A DNA stretch of 49,785 bases, taken from assembly GCF_001194135.2 (NCBI RefSeq), contig NC_068983.1, positions 56,110,330 through 56,160,114 of the forward strand. Direction: 5' to 3'. The translations under genes and the position numbers were made by a program. The DNA comes from Octopus bimaculoides. Lineage: Eukaryota. Positions 48,661 to 49,785 of the stretch are shown here, in pieces (the stretch's first letter is position 1; every line of letters begins with the position of its first letter). The notes beneath the pieces are model-generated. The model made no database searches. It was given only the letters and a program-made list of their open reading frames with translations, and was not told where the DNA came from.

Positions 48661-49100
48661 ATAGAAGTACGGCATTGGAAGAACCTGGAAATTGTACGAA
48701 CACGAACCAGGAGGAATTACTGAGAATAATGAATATATTTTACAATCCAATGTGACTCACAAATTGATGATCGGAGACCAGGCATTGTTGTGGATAAAAG
48801 AAAGAGGAAAACTAAGATTATAGATAATGCCATACCTGGAGAGGCTCACTTAGGTGACAAAGATCTGGAAGAAGTGGAATATAACAGGTTACTAAAAGAC
48901 GAAATTATAAGAAAGTGGGCGATGGAGAGACTAACTGTAAGTCCAGTAGGTGTAAGGGCATTCGGAGCACTAACAACCAAGTTTGAGAAATGTGTCGGGG
49001 AAGCTGGAATTGACATGAGGGTACAACATGTTAATAAAAAGAGAAAAAACAGATCTATCGGGAATAGCTAGGACTTAGAGGTTGGTACTTGGATGTTAAG
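48661..49100 (+). mobile_element. R4/Dong-like LINE endonuclease remnant
   Basis: KYGIGRTWKLYEHEPGGITENNE / TIQCDSQIDDRRPGIVVDKRKRKTKIIDNAIPGE...KDEIIRKWAMERLTVSPVGVRAFGAL. PD..D..IP-type endonuclease with frameshifts. Confidence 0.8.
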
Positions 49101-49129
49101 TATTATTATTATCATTATTATTGTTGCTG

Positions 49130-49185
<56 letters not shown>

Positions 49186-49421
49186 GTTTTGCACAGCTTC
49201 TATTGCTAGAGTTGTACTACGGTGCCAGCTGTTAACTACCAGTGAACTAAGGTAACACCCCCTATTTTTCGAGCATCATCCGGAGTATTCGAACGGTTCC
49301 AAGCAGAGCTGTTTTCTGCAAGTGTTCCATCCTTATTGCAGTCCCTATTTGTTCCATGTACCTCTCAAGATTTTTATTCAATGTTCCTAGGGCTCCGACA
49401 ATTATTGCTACTACTACCACC
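49186..49421 (-). mobile_element. R4/Dong-like LINE 3' end with (TAA)n tail
   Basis: Minus frame VVAIIVGALGTLNKNLERYMEQIGTAIRMEHLQKTALLGTVRILRMMLEK*, then a short UTR running into (AAT)n. Confidence 0.8.
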
Positions 49422-49785
49422 TTTTTCATAGACCACAACTGCTTAACCTCCCAAGCTAACCTCTCATATCTATCGACTTTTCTTTGACAAAGTTGACTTT
49501 GAACTCAGAATTTAAAATGTCTAAAAAATGCCGCAAAGCATTTTCCACTACTCTAAAGCACTGGTTCTCAACCAATTTTTGCCTATGGAGTCCTTGGATT
49601 CATTCTAAGCGTAGTACTTATTATATCGATCTCTTTAGCCAAACCGGTAAGTTACGGGGACGCAAACACACCAAAACCTGTTGTGAAGTGATGGTGGGAG
49701 GACAAACATAGATACGCAAATACATACATAATGCATACATAATACATACATACATACATATATCTATCTATCTATCTATATATAT

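Overview
AT-rich, microsatellite- and SINE-dense animal genomic DNA from a gapped draft assembly with many N runs. The repeat landscape looks like an octopod cephalopod such as Octopus; this is an inference, not a database result. The only host gene I can support is the 3' end of IFT122 on the + strand: four coding exons at 3449-3580, 10784-10860, 25297-25464 and 26581-26664, ending in the CxxC/CPxC zinc-binding tail. The intron 3581-10783 has minor-spliceosome (U12-type) signals: a GTATCCTTT donor, a TTCCTTATC branch site and no polypyrimidine tract. The rest is mobile-element debris: several SINE families, RTE, R4/Dong-like and CRE-like LINE ends, Penelope-like (PLE) GIY-YIG remnants, mariner, hAT- and piggyBac-type MITEs and a possible Helitron. 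The most notable unannotated signal is a set of about ten minimal type-I hammerhead ribozyme (HHR) motifs with four different stem-III types. Three have a fully intact catalytic core and cleavage triplet (843-947 minus, 11397-11475 minus, 35212-35319 plus). One locus (29600-30023 minus) combines a tRNA-like Pol III promoter with a tandem HHR dimer, a retrozyme-like architecture. All structures were folded by eye and none has been computationally or experimentally verified. Most ORFs in the supplied track are artefacts of gaps or microsatellites. Repeat boundaries are approximate.
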